Below are positions 1 through 11,304 of a stretch of 64,000 nucleotides of DNA, in pieces. Within the stretch, counting starts at the first letter, position 1. Each line of letters opens with the position of its first letter. The stretch is from Antedon mediterranea (taxonomy: Eukaryota > Animalia > Echinodermata): NCBI RefSeq assembly GCF_964355755.1, contig NC_092674.1, positions 29,326,001 through 29,390,000 of the forward strand, written 5' to 3'. The notes under the pieces were generated by a model. It saw nothing but the letters and a program-made list of their open reading frames with translations, had not been told where the DNA came from and ran no database searches. A program made the translations under genes and the position numbers.

Positions 1-1250
1 ATACGTAAAAAGTTTGCTCATAATGAGTTGTACAAGGCTATTGCCTGAATTAGTCCCCGCTCATAATACAGTCACATTATTATGTTCCTCTTTAATCAAT
101 AGAATGAAAAAAAGTCGAGCGGAAACAACATACCACTGGCACTAGCAGTGTTTGAAGTTTTGTCAGTGAACATAAATGAAAACCATTATGGTTGTATTTC
201 ATTCGAGGAAAGTTCATCTTTACCCTGACTGAATAACAAACTTATAGTATAGACACATGTTTTACTTTTCTACCTCATAAAATCTCTTCCCAGTTTTAAT
301 ATCGTAATATTTTGACTACAGGTACTATATAAATTAAATCTCTATCAAAAATCAAAATCATCAGTAAGATTAACCAGCACCGGCGGCCCGATACCCATGA
401 CATACTTTTTTATATCTAGGCCTAGTTTCCTCTCGAGTGCACCTTTCTGGATCTGGATCTGGATGAATACTGACGAAGGACTACATGGGTATATGCGCCA
501 GGGGGTGCGTCTCTCGGTGTGCAAACATCATACTTTTGATATTACATCTGAGGCATCAATGGTAGTTATTATTTTTTTTTTTGGGTTAAAGATTGATTCC
601 CATTGGACACAACAGGACATAAGCGCCACACAGTTTTGATCAATCATAAGCGATATATATCCATCGCGCTCGTAAACCTTGCGTTGCGCTTACGTCATAG
701 AGTTGCGTCCTATGAACCAAACTTAAGTCTGTCATTTTTAAATGTTAAAACATTACGTTTGCCTTTTCTAGATAAAAGTACATTATTTTTAGGATATTAA
801 ATAAAAATTACTTTTAAATCTAGTATCGTTGTCTGACGTTGTCACTCGTCCATACTTATTAATAGCAAGAAAGCGGCCCTTACCACCCTTTGCCGATTTC
901 ACATGAATGTTTTGATTATCATATCGAAATTGTGTCATCAACGACTGAAACGACACAAAACATGAAGGTGGTTTGAATTTTCCTTGCCATAAAATATCAA
1001 AGTTTTCCTGACAAAGTAGGTTGTCCTTCGTGTTCTGAAAAACAAATGTATTAAAAGTAAATTAATTTATTAACTAAAGCATAATTTAGAAGTCCAAGGC
1101 TGTCTAGATCTAGTACAGAGATTCAATATACACTGATGAGCCGGGATTGGGTCAGGTGACCGGACAAAATCCGAGTTACATTCGTTTTGTTTTTTATCAC
1201 ACGCGTATGTTTTGTACGAAAATCTAGAATTCGCTAAAGCTTGGTTCTCA

Positions 1251-1429
1251 AGCGTGGTTCCCACTAGCGACGCAACGCAAGGACGTAACGCAACGCAAGT
1301 GAATTGACCAATCACAAGCGATGGCTTATTCGCTTGTGATTGCTAACTGTCTATAACTTCGCTTGTCATTGGTTAAAACGCTTGCGTTGCGTTTACGTCC
1401 TTGCGTTACGTTCTAGTGGGAACCAAGCT
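1251..1429. mobile_element. MITE family A (179 bp, PIF/Harbinger-like); further copies at 14504-14682, 51204-51382 and 51902-52052, with relatives near 6065-6290, 13751-14900, 20150-20250 and 49351-49477
   Basis: Terminal inverted repeats AGC(G/T)TGGTTCCCACTAG...CTAGTGGGAACCAAGCT; near-identical dispersed copies; TAA/TAA flanks at 51204 and 51902 fit the TWA target duplication of Harbinger elements. Confidence 0.85.
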
Positions 1430-3169
1430 TGAGTGTGAAGCTCTATCAAGTTTACGTGTGTGTGAAATAACGAACAATACGTATGCATTTTACGTCTGTT
1501 GTCGGTTCTCTAAACATAAATGTCGCCTTTTCAACAATTAAAAGCATGGAGCATGTTGAATTATTAATCATCGAAGAAATTTCTTTTAGATTACGTGTTA
1601 ATTAAATAATAAAATTACGTTAAACTCAAATTACGTCAACGTCATTCATTTTTCTTTTTACGTCTGCTCTCTTGCATTTTTTTTTTATTGTCTTTTTTGT
1701 TCGAATTTTGTCTGAAAATAATTCTGAGCATCGATGAGTTTTATTTTTCGATTACGTAAATAATAAAATAACGTTAACCTCAGTTAAGTCCAAGTCAATT
1801 TTTTACGTCTGCTATTTTGCATTTTTGCGAAAACGTGTAAAGTCCAGTGAAAGATTTCTATTTTATTTTCCATTTATATAATGTACGTAAAGATAAGTGT
1901 TGTATTATTATTGTTTATAATGTAAAGAGGGACTCTACAGAGCGACAGGTCCATTGGTGGGCCTTTTGTAGTCTCTCGAATATATATTATATTATATGCC
2001 AACCATTGTTATGATATAATATTTTTGGTCAATAAATGTCTCTTGAATTGAATTGTATAGACTTGCTCCAAGTCTGTATTATTGTTTTTTATGTTAGTCC
2101 ACTCATGTAAGCTTTGGATTTTGTGTTAATAATATACCATTATTGTGAATTCAAGTAGTAGCCTATACGTATGAAACGCTATTTGTGCCAAATATTTATC
2201 TTTTTTTCTAATATTTCGGTGTTGAACCTAGACTATACGTGTTGAAGCAGTTGTCAATCATAAACATTAAGCTTACAGAAGTCTCCAGTGGAATTTAACA
2301 AAATATTTTGACAATTTATTTTGAGTAGATGGAGTTAATCTAGTTAAAGCATGTTGTTAAAAACAAGATACCGGTATAGTATTAGTAATTGAATAATTAC
2401 AATTTTATATTTGTTAAATTGGTATCATAACCACCCGGTGAGCACCCAGGTCTAAATAGTTGTTAGGGTTAGTATATAGGGGCCTAGATTAAGTTGTAAT
2501 GTAATTATTTGTCAGCATACCGCGCGAATATGCACAGTTGTCTGTCATATAAAAAGACGAATGCGCGTCACTTTGTAGTAGGACGCTACGCTGGTCTGCC
2601 GAGAGCGTTTTTTAATTTTTAATCGCCACTGCTTTCAAAATGTCTGCCTCTTTCATTTATACATACAAAAGGTGAATGTAATTGAACTTCCCATTAGTCC
2701 TAAACTTTTTCATTTTCTAACATTGCACCTGTTTTGAGTTTGGTCGGATCTACACGAGAAAGAACTCCATTAATCTAGGCCTCTTTTCAATAAAAATATC
2801 TAACATAAAATGTGCGTGTTTTTCATGCGTAGGCCTACTTGCCGCGGAAACAACCTTGATCTCTACCTCAATAATCATCTTGAACTTGAGCAGGTGTTTA
2901 CATCCGCAGTAGGCCTAAAGTGGCACGTACATTACATTATAACAACATTTACAGTAAAATGACATCATTGACATTGACAACAAGCCGGTAAAGTTCGTGG
3001 GTTCAAAAACTCCTACTACATTTTCCTGAAGTGAGCTTTAAAACTAGAGAGAAACAGGGAAAGGGAATGAGCCTCTAGCTCATGAACAATGTTGGCAATC
3101 CTATATAGAAAGAATGAAAATGTCATCTTTTCTTGACTTCCTTTTTTTCATCTTACTCATGCGTAACGT

Positions 3170-3333
3170 TAGACTTGTTGCCCCAAGTCTGTATTTATTG
3201 TCTTTTTTTTATTTATTTGTTTTTATTTCGACCGCGATTTTTGTCTGATCCAAACTCAAGTAATACACGTATGAAACGCCATATGTGCAAAAATATTTAT
3301 ATTTTTACAAAACTCCGTCTGGAGCCCAGACTA
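3170..3333. mobile_element. Academ-like (AcademH-type) non-autonomous element; related copies at about 2057-2235, 13968-14032 and 16071-16246 (inverted)
   Basis: TAG...CTA termini (TAGACT/AGACTA) and an exact 9-bp target duplication GCGTAACGT at 3161-3169 and 3334-3342. Confidence 0.72.
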
Positions 3334-4184
3334 GCGTAACGTAGATTCCTGACCTCTGGTTTAGGAGCCCTCCAACGCTGGAGGCCTCGGACGTTTTTAG
3401 CTCAGGGGCCCCATAAGCTCCGGGCCCCCTGTACTGGGTTTAGCAAGTGAGCGCTCATAGCCGTTACGTCACTGCTCTTGCCAAACTTACATTTCTTCCG
3501 GATATCTTCCCTGATTTGTCCATTGATAAATAGAGACCCGTTTCTGCACTGCGAATTGTGAATAGACTAGGACCAACAGACACCGTTATTACGTATACTG
3601 AAAAATAAAATATATTTAAACATTATGAATGAGCGTGAATATAGACAACGGCCAAATACGTCACTGGAACGCTTAACGTTTCAGTTAGGATAAAAAATGT
3701 AATGTGACATAGCCTATTGTATACCATGTATGTACCATATAAAAACAAAACAAAAACACGCAAGTATAAAGCTCTGTCTACACTATCAAACTTTATGTGA
3801 CAACAATTTGTGATTTGTCCATATATGGACATGATGATGTCATATCACTACCATATTTAGGAATATCACTATCGTTTTTGGGCACGTCACACTTGTTTTG
3901 TCAAACCAGTTTGACAGTGACGTAGACAGAGCTTAATCGATTGATGTTTTCTATGATGTGATGATGTTTTTAATATTTGACAGATTTGTATTTGACAGAT
4001 GTGGTATGGAAGGATCGATCACTTTCATTGATTGATATCGATAATTACAAAAATAATGATCAATATTACATAAATATTAATTCCCCTGAGCAAAATATAA
4101 TTCCCTTGAGGATGTCAAATTTTATATTTCACCTCTAAGCAGGCAATATCTGTATAACAATTTATAGGCCCGTTTATAACATAC

Positions 4185-4443
4185 CATATCTATGTTTACA
4201 GCTAGTTGTACCGCTGACGTGGCCATCAGCTCCAATCATTAGAAAATACCCGGTTCGAGATATTATTCGTTGTAGTGCATTGTATGAATTTTCTGTTAGG
4301 TGGTAAACACTTGTAGAATTGAGTTGTTGGTTTTTATCCTCTATGTTGACTTTTTCCAATCTATTACTAGATCTAGCAGTTCTAATGGCAAATACTGAAT
4401 TAATTACTGCCCACAAAAAATATAGTTTTGTGATTGCATTCAT
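4185..4443 (-). CDS. Fibroblast growth factor family ligand, first coding exon; remaining exons not recognised in the window
   Basis: ATG at 4443 gives MNAITKLYFLWAVINSVFA (signal-peptide-like), then LQRIISRTGYFLMIGADGHVSGTTSCKHRY, matching the first strands of the FGF core (compare [23 protein letters not shown]). It ends at a phase-1 GTATGT donor (4184), the usual FGF exon-1 boundary. Subfamily cannot be assigned. Confidence 0.8.
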
Positions 4444-7400
4444 TATATCAGCTGTAAACTTCAATCTGGAATAGAAAAATAAGACGGTTATATACATTTC
4501 AGATAACATGAACAATTTAAAAATCAGACTTTATATAGGCCATTTTGAAATTAATCACTTCCGTAGAATCTATGTTATCCCTAAGTTAAAATAAACGGTT
4601 AAATTCAACCAAAACTCATGCCAATTTTCTACTGTGACTTTTTAAAAACTATTATGATATTTAAAAGACATATTCAACACAAAAGTTGTTTTTAAAGGGG
4701 GAAATGTCTTTAAATTCGTAGAAAATGGGGTTGTGGAGGGAGGGATGGGCTTCGATTTACAAAAGACGGAGATGTGTGGAAGGCAGGCGTCCATCAATAT
4801 CATTTAAAGAGGTTACAAAGATCGCGTATTTCATTTGTACAATTTTAGGTTCAAATATTTTAGGAAATATATCGTTGTTTATTTGGTGCCTAATTTATCA
4901 TAATTTATCATCGTCTTAATTTAACAAATAAATAATTCATGCCTTATCTTGCCATGCATAAAAGTACCTCCGCAACCTGCTCCACTTGAAAAAATTAGGT
5001 AACATAATGAGTCGACCTTGTGTTTACTTGAATGTTAGGGATGGTAGTTCGTGTCATTTTCACCAATTAATATGATATAGTAACGTGTGTTGGTATTAGT
5101 GTCAGTTGGGTAGAAACTAGTTCATCTTCAGGGGGTATCGCACTTTGAGTACCACGAAACTGGGCTCTTTTTTCGACAAATCATTTGCACTTTTTTGATT
5201 CACATAAAGGCAACGCATTCAACCTACATTATCACTTGCACTCATCACTCACACTATTACCGGCTAACCATTTTGACAATATGACCTCCTAGGCTGACTT
5301 TGGTTGTGCTCGTTAACATAATAGTGGAATTTTCTTCTTTTTTTTGTGATGCTACAGAGACCACGGATTAATTAATTCATAATCCATTCAGAGAGTTTAC
5401 AAACTTTGGTTGTACTCGTTAAAATATTAGTTGATTTGATTTTTTTTGTGACACTGCAATCATGCAGAGTTACAATTAGCAGCGCATGTGCAAATCATCG
5501 GAAAGTCAAGTTGTTCGTAGTCGCGCGCTATGTAATGCCCCTTTTTGAATTGATTAATTTGTTTATCCATCCAATCTATTTTTAAATCTAAAAGTTTATT
5601 ACTTCACTTAAGTACTTTGAATTAACATGCATGCTATAAATCTATTTATCTAATTATCACCTTTTTAGCTTTTTACAATTATAGTTTTAATATGTTGCAC
5701 ATACTTTTCCCTTGTGACCACTTATGCAATTTACATTACTGACTATATAGTTTATAGTTGTATAAAGGACTACTACATTCAATCACGTCTTTCAACTTTG
5801 GACAGAACTTGAATGCCATTTATCTAGCCTTTTTCATCAAATGGTGTGTGACATGAACCAAATTCCCCCGGGCAGGGCAACGCACTCATTTTGGAGCCTT
5901 GATGTCTCGGCCATTCAAAATGATGTGATCCGTCTGTCAATCAAATATTTTTACAGTAATTTCTTTCAGGTTTACACAGAATCTGTAAAAAACTTCATCA
6001 TTAATGCATGAGTGAACTTTGACGACGACGTAAGCACGCGGTGACATCAAAACACCGTTGTCTGTTGCGTTGCGTTTACGTCCTTGCGTTACGTTCTAGT
6101 GGGAACCAAGCTTTAGTGGGAACCGAGCTTTAGGTCAAAAGTGAAGGATGTGTGAAATAAAATTTGGCATACGAAGTACCGTCTGATGGTAAGAACGTAC
6201 GCGCAACGCAAACTGTTCAAACATTGCTTGTGATTGGTCAAATAACACGTTGCGTTACGTGCTTGCGTTGCGTCGCTAGTGAGAACCAAGATTTTTAGAT
6301 TACGTGACTTTAACGTATAACGTTTTAATACAAGTTTTACTCAAACGTTACCCATCATAGCGGCCAGAAAACAAAATTTACACACACCGGGGTGAAAATC
6401 ATACAAAACGCAAATTGTGACGTGTGATTTTAAAGGCTAGGTGCGGGAAAAAAATTTCTATTGATCATACATTCCAATAATTATCGATCTATAGTTTCCC
6501 CTATGTTTCATAATTTTTGGGAGTTTATTTGTGTTACACAAGCTTGTTGAAAATAAGCACTTTCTTATCAGTGGGGGGATAGTTCAAATTACACAGTAAA
6601 ATCTCTATTCTTTTGTACACAAATTTTGTAAATAGAGAGGCATTTTAAAAAGCTATGAAAAATAAACGGTGTGGTAAAAAATGTTATCAGATGACTAAAT
6701 ATAGGTAATATAACTTGAATATTACATTTCTGATATTTTATTCAACTTCAGCTTTTTATTTTCATGCTATAGCAAAAATTATCCACTGTATATCCACCAT
6801 CTTTTTTCACCGTCTAGGGAGTCACCAGACATGTTATTACATTAGGTTAACTACCTAACTACTGAAAAAAAAGTATTTCTGTTTTTTATGGAAGAATTTT
6901 CCCAAATTTTGTATTTGACCATATTAAGGAAAATTCATGTTTTTTCGTCTCGATTTCTGTTACAAATATTTGATTTATGTACAATTAACCAAATATTATA
7001 TTTAAAATTCATGCCTGTACCTGAGCTTTAAACTCTGTGGAGACTTGAAGGCGATGTGAAAGGGCAAATTATAATGTTGCAACAACGTTCTGACAGCATC
7101 TAGGCAACACCAACCACCAACTGTTAAAACGCGCCCCTGAAATGTGTTTTTAAACAGGGTTTGAGTGAGCTTTTGTTGCTAATCTGTTGGGTAAATAATG
7201 TGAAAGGAAATAAATACTGTATTTGAATATAAATTCGTAGTCCCGTATCCCCTTATGCTATCTGCTATAGGCTACCACAAAACAAATATAGGCTGAAGGC
7301 TAAGCTAATTTTCAAAAACTTACCTTAAATTTGAAATAGTATGTTCACGGTCATTAAAATAAGGTTCAATGTGGCTAAATCCAGACACTGAATATGTTGT

Positions 7401-7880
7401 AAGCTATTTCGTCTTCTTCACGAGTGTTGCTGCTAAATCTTGAAAGTTTGAAGTTTTAAAGTATTGAAGAAAATCACGCCCTCTGCCAACTGATAATTTT
7501 ATTGTTCGCTATGAGTTCTTATCAGAGGGGAGCTATATTTCCTATACCATCCTGGCTAGTTGAGAATTCTCAACTATTTTATGTTTTTTTCTACCTTTCT
7601 GGAAAATGATATAATCCAAATTGTATTAATACTACCAGTAGTAAACATTTAGAAACACTTGCATACCTTCACTAATTTTAGTTGTTTGTAGTTTAAGACA
7701 ATCTTAGTGATATTTAAATGAAAACAATACCATAAAAACTATTGTGTCTGTATTTTACAAGACTATGACTTCCGTATAACGTGCATTGTGGGTACTTCAA
7801 TTTTTATAGAAAAGCTAGGGAATCCTAATTTAGTAGGTAGCATATGGGGGCGGGGCAACCAAACTTGCTTATCAAATCAA

Positions 7881-9470
7881 AGCACAGTAAAGCAAAGGAT
7901 AAAATTAATGCACGATCCAGTTTACCACTGTTCTCAACTATAGTCATTTTAGTATACTTGAGCACAGTGATAAAGAATAGGATAAACTTAACAATATACA
8001 ACAAATAGCATTAATGTACGATCCAGTTTAACACTGTTCTCAACTATAGACATTTTGGTATACTTGAGCACAGTGATAAAGAATAGGATAAACTTAACAA
8101 TATACAACAAAAAACATTAATGTACGATCCAGTTTAACACTGTTCTCAACTATAGTCATTTTGGTATACTTGAGAACAGTGATAAAGAATAGGATAAACT
8201 TAACAATATACAACAAATAACATTAATGTATGATCCCGTTTAACACTATTCTCAACTATAGTCATTTTGGTATACTTGAGCACAGTGATAAAGAATAGGA
8301 TAAACTTAACAATATACAACAAATAACATTAATGTATGATCCCGTTTAACACTGTTCTCGACTATAGTCATTTTGGTATATACTTGAGCACAGTGATAAA
8401 GAATAGGATAAACTTAACAGTATACAACAAATAACATTAATGTACGATCCCGTTTAACACTGTTCTCAACTATAGTCATTTTGGTATACTTGAGCACAGT
8501 GATAAAGAATAGGATAAACTTAATAATATACAACAAATAACATTAATGTACGATCCCGTTTAACATTGTTCTCAACTATAGTCATTTTGGTATACTTGAG
8601 CACAGTGATAAAGAATAGGATAAACTTAATAATATACAACAAATAGCATTAATGTACGATCCCGTTTAACACTGTTCTCAACTATAGTAATTTTGGTATA
8701 CTTGAGCACAGTGATAAAGAATAGTATAAACTTAATAATATACAACAAATAGCATTAAGGTATGATCCCGTTTAACACTGTTCTCGACTATAGCCATTTT
8801 GGTATGAGCACAGTGATAAAGAATAGGATAAACTTAACAATATACAACAAATAACATCAATGTACGATGTAGTTTAACACTGTTCTCAACTATAGTCATT
8901 TTGGTATACTTGAGCACAGTGATAAAGAATAGGATAAACTTAATAATATACAACAAATAAAATTAATGTATGATCCCGTTTAACACTGTTCTCAACTATA
9001 GTCATTTTGGTATACTTGAGCACAGTGATAAAGTATAGGATAAACTTAACAATATACAACAAATAACATTAATGTATGATCCCGTTTAACACTGTTCTCA
9101 ACTATAGTCATTTTGGTATACTTGAGCACAGTGATAAAGAATAGGATAAACTTAACAATATACAACAAATAACATTAATGTATGATCCCGTTTAACACTG
9201 TTCTCGACTATAGTCATTTTGGTATACTTGAGCACAGTGATAAAGAATAGGATAAACTTAACAATATACAACAAATAACATTAATGTACGATCCCGTTTA
9301 ACACTGTTCTAACTATAGTCATTTTGGTATACTTGAGCACAGTGATAAAGAATAGGATAAACTTAACAATATACAACAAATAACATTAATGTATGATCCC
9401 GTTTAACACTGTTCTCGACTATAGTCATTTTGGTATACTTGAGCACAGTGATAAAGAATATGATAAACTT
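7881..9470 (+). repeat. Tandem array of 106-bp monomer, about 15 copies
   Basis: Period measured between equivalent positions 8141 and 8247; monomers are nearly identical and the left edge is degenerate. Confidence 0.97.
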
Positions 9471-9689
9471 ATTGCAACTTGTCCATGTCGTATTCATCTA
9501 CAAATAAAGTGTCTATTACCGTACTTTTAAAAATCTATTTATATCAATACCTATCAACGTATGTACGTGTGCATATTATATTATACAAAAATATATACAT
9601 CAACATAAATGTCATATCATCTACAGTCATTAGTGTTATTTCACCTTTAATATTAGTAAATCCAAAGGCAAAATACTTAAATAATAACA

Positions 9690-10390
9690 ATGCTGTGGTC
9701 TCAATGGAGATACAAAAAAAGAAGCGAGAAGCTAAATCAAAACGAAATGTGCTAATGCGTATAGATATGCTGAGTGGTTTCCGAGAAATATGATTACGCA
9801 TAATATGGCCTTACGGAAAAGTAATACATACCAGGTCCCCAAAAATAAGACAAATAGATATGGAAACAGTGCAATCCCGTTTCTCACTCGCTGCCTCAAC
9901 AGTATTGATTAAATAATAAAAGAAAATAAATGTATAATGTAACCAGATATTAATTAATTTGACATATAGGCCTAGTAGAAATTTCTTGAATTTGACTCAA
10001 TTTATTCTTAATTCTCATTTAATTTTGTATTTAATGTTTTTGTAAATGTATAATTGTAATTATTTAATTGTCTGAAGTCGACTTTAATTAAGAAACCAAT
10101 GTAAATACTGCAACTTAAATTTAAGATTATATTTTTATACTGTAATTAAGCATGGACTATTCTTTAATCCATGAATTAAGTAATAATGTATATACTATAT
10201 CCTTGCAATAAGACTATATTTTTTTAACTTTATGTTTACATTTACATATATTTTGTAATTGCGATAATTTTGTTTAATGATGACTATTACTTTACTTGTC
10301 TTTTGAATGTATATTGTCCCTTACCATGCAATTCAGTAGATTTGCTGCCAATTGGTTTGTTTTTAATAAAGAAAGAAAGAAAGACAGATA
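9690..10390 (+). mobile_element. 5'-truncated CR1-group (L2/Crack-like) non-LTR retrotransposon 3' end
   Basis: Frame ending at TAA 9910-9912 reads KCANAYRYAEWFPRNMITHNMALRKSNTYQVPKNKTNRYGNSAIPFLTRCLN, resembling the RTxRYxNSxIPY..LLN ORF2 C-terminus. An AT-rich 3' UTR, AATAAA and a (GAAA)n tail follow at about 10365-10385. The 5' boundary is approximate. Confidence 0.7.
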
Positions 10391-10408
10391 AAGTAAAACA
10401 GCCAGAAA

Positions 10409-10454
10409 AGTTAGCAGAGTTTTCGGGCAACACTAGCCCTTCATCAGTGCAAGT
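10409..10454 (-). ncRNA. Minimal hammerhead-ribozyme-like motif of Penelope-like element type, probably degenerate
   Basis: Minus strand reads UUGCA-CUGAUGA-A-GGGC(UAGUGUU)GCCC-GAAA-ACUC-UGCUAA: both core boxes, a 4-bp stem II, a UH triplet and a short stem I. Confidence 0.55.
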
Positions 10455-10471
10455 GAGGGTACCTGTACAAG

Positions 10472-11290
10472 ATAGTGTTATTTAACGTTTAGTCGATTTA
10501 TATCAATACACTCATCAACATATGTACATGTAATTCACGTCTACAATCAATAGTGTTAATTCCACTTTTAAAAGTCGATTTATATCAATATACTCATCAA
10601 CATATGTACGTGTCCACGTCATATTCATCTATAAATATTAGTGTTATTTCACTTTTAAAAGTCGATTTATCAATATACTCATCAATATAATGTACTTGTC
10701 CACGTCATATTCATTTACAAATCAGTGTTATTTCACTTTTCGAAGTCAATTATATCAATATAGGCCTACTCATCAACATATGTACGTGCAATTCACGTCA
10801 TATTCATATATGATCAATAGTGTACAACTAATAGTGTTATTTCACTTTTAAAAGTCGATTTATATCAATATAATCATCAACATTATGTACCGTACGTGTC
10901 CACGTCATATTCATCTACAAATATTAGTGTTATTTCACTTTTAAAAGTCGATTTATATCAATATACTCATCAACATATGTAAATCGTGTCCAAGTCATAT
11001 TCATCTACAAATATTAGTGTTAATTTGACTTTTAAAAGTCGATTTATATCAATATACTAATCAATATATGTACGTGTCCACGTCATATTCATCTACAAAT
11101 ATTAGTGTTATTTCACTGTTCAAAGTCGATTTATATAAATATACTACTCATCAACATAATGTACGTGCAATTCACGTCATATTTATCTACAATCATTTGT
11201 GTTAATTCCACTTTTAAAAGTCAATTTATATCAATTACTTATGAACATATGTACGTGTCCGCGTCATTCATCTACAAATATTATAGTGTT
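10472..11290 (+). repeat. Second tandem array, ~88-bp monomer, about 9-10 copies; two more degenerate copies at about 9480-9655
   Basis: Repeating TAGTGTTATTTCACTTTTAAAAGTCGATTTATATCAATATACTCATCAACATATGTACGTGTCCACGTCATATTCATCTACAAATAT; period 88 between 11015 and 11103. Confidence 0.92.
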
Positions 11291-11304
11291 ATTATGTTTT
11301 TCAT

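Noticed and set aside
130-235. AG/GT-bounded segment on the minus strand as possible FGF exon 2
   Set aside because: The only open frame (RVKMNFPRMKYNHNGFHLC...) lacks the FGF exon-2 pattern (G.V.I.G...YL.M...G.L).
1132-1175. CTGATGA followed by a CCGG...CCGG stem, resembling a hammerhead
   Set aside because: No GAAA box after the stem and no stem I; the core is incomplete.
6430-7330. Possible TTAA-flanked non-autonomous DNA transposon
   Set aside because: I could not match convincing terminal inverted repeats or find a second copy.
9479-9801. Listed ORFs 9479-9793 (+) and 9544-9801 (-)
   Set aside because: They span degenerate repeat and LINE remnant; the recognisable LINE peptide is in a different frame ending at 9912.
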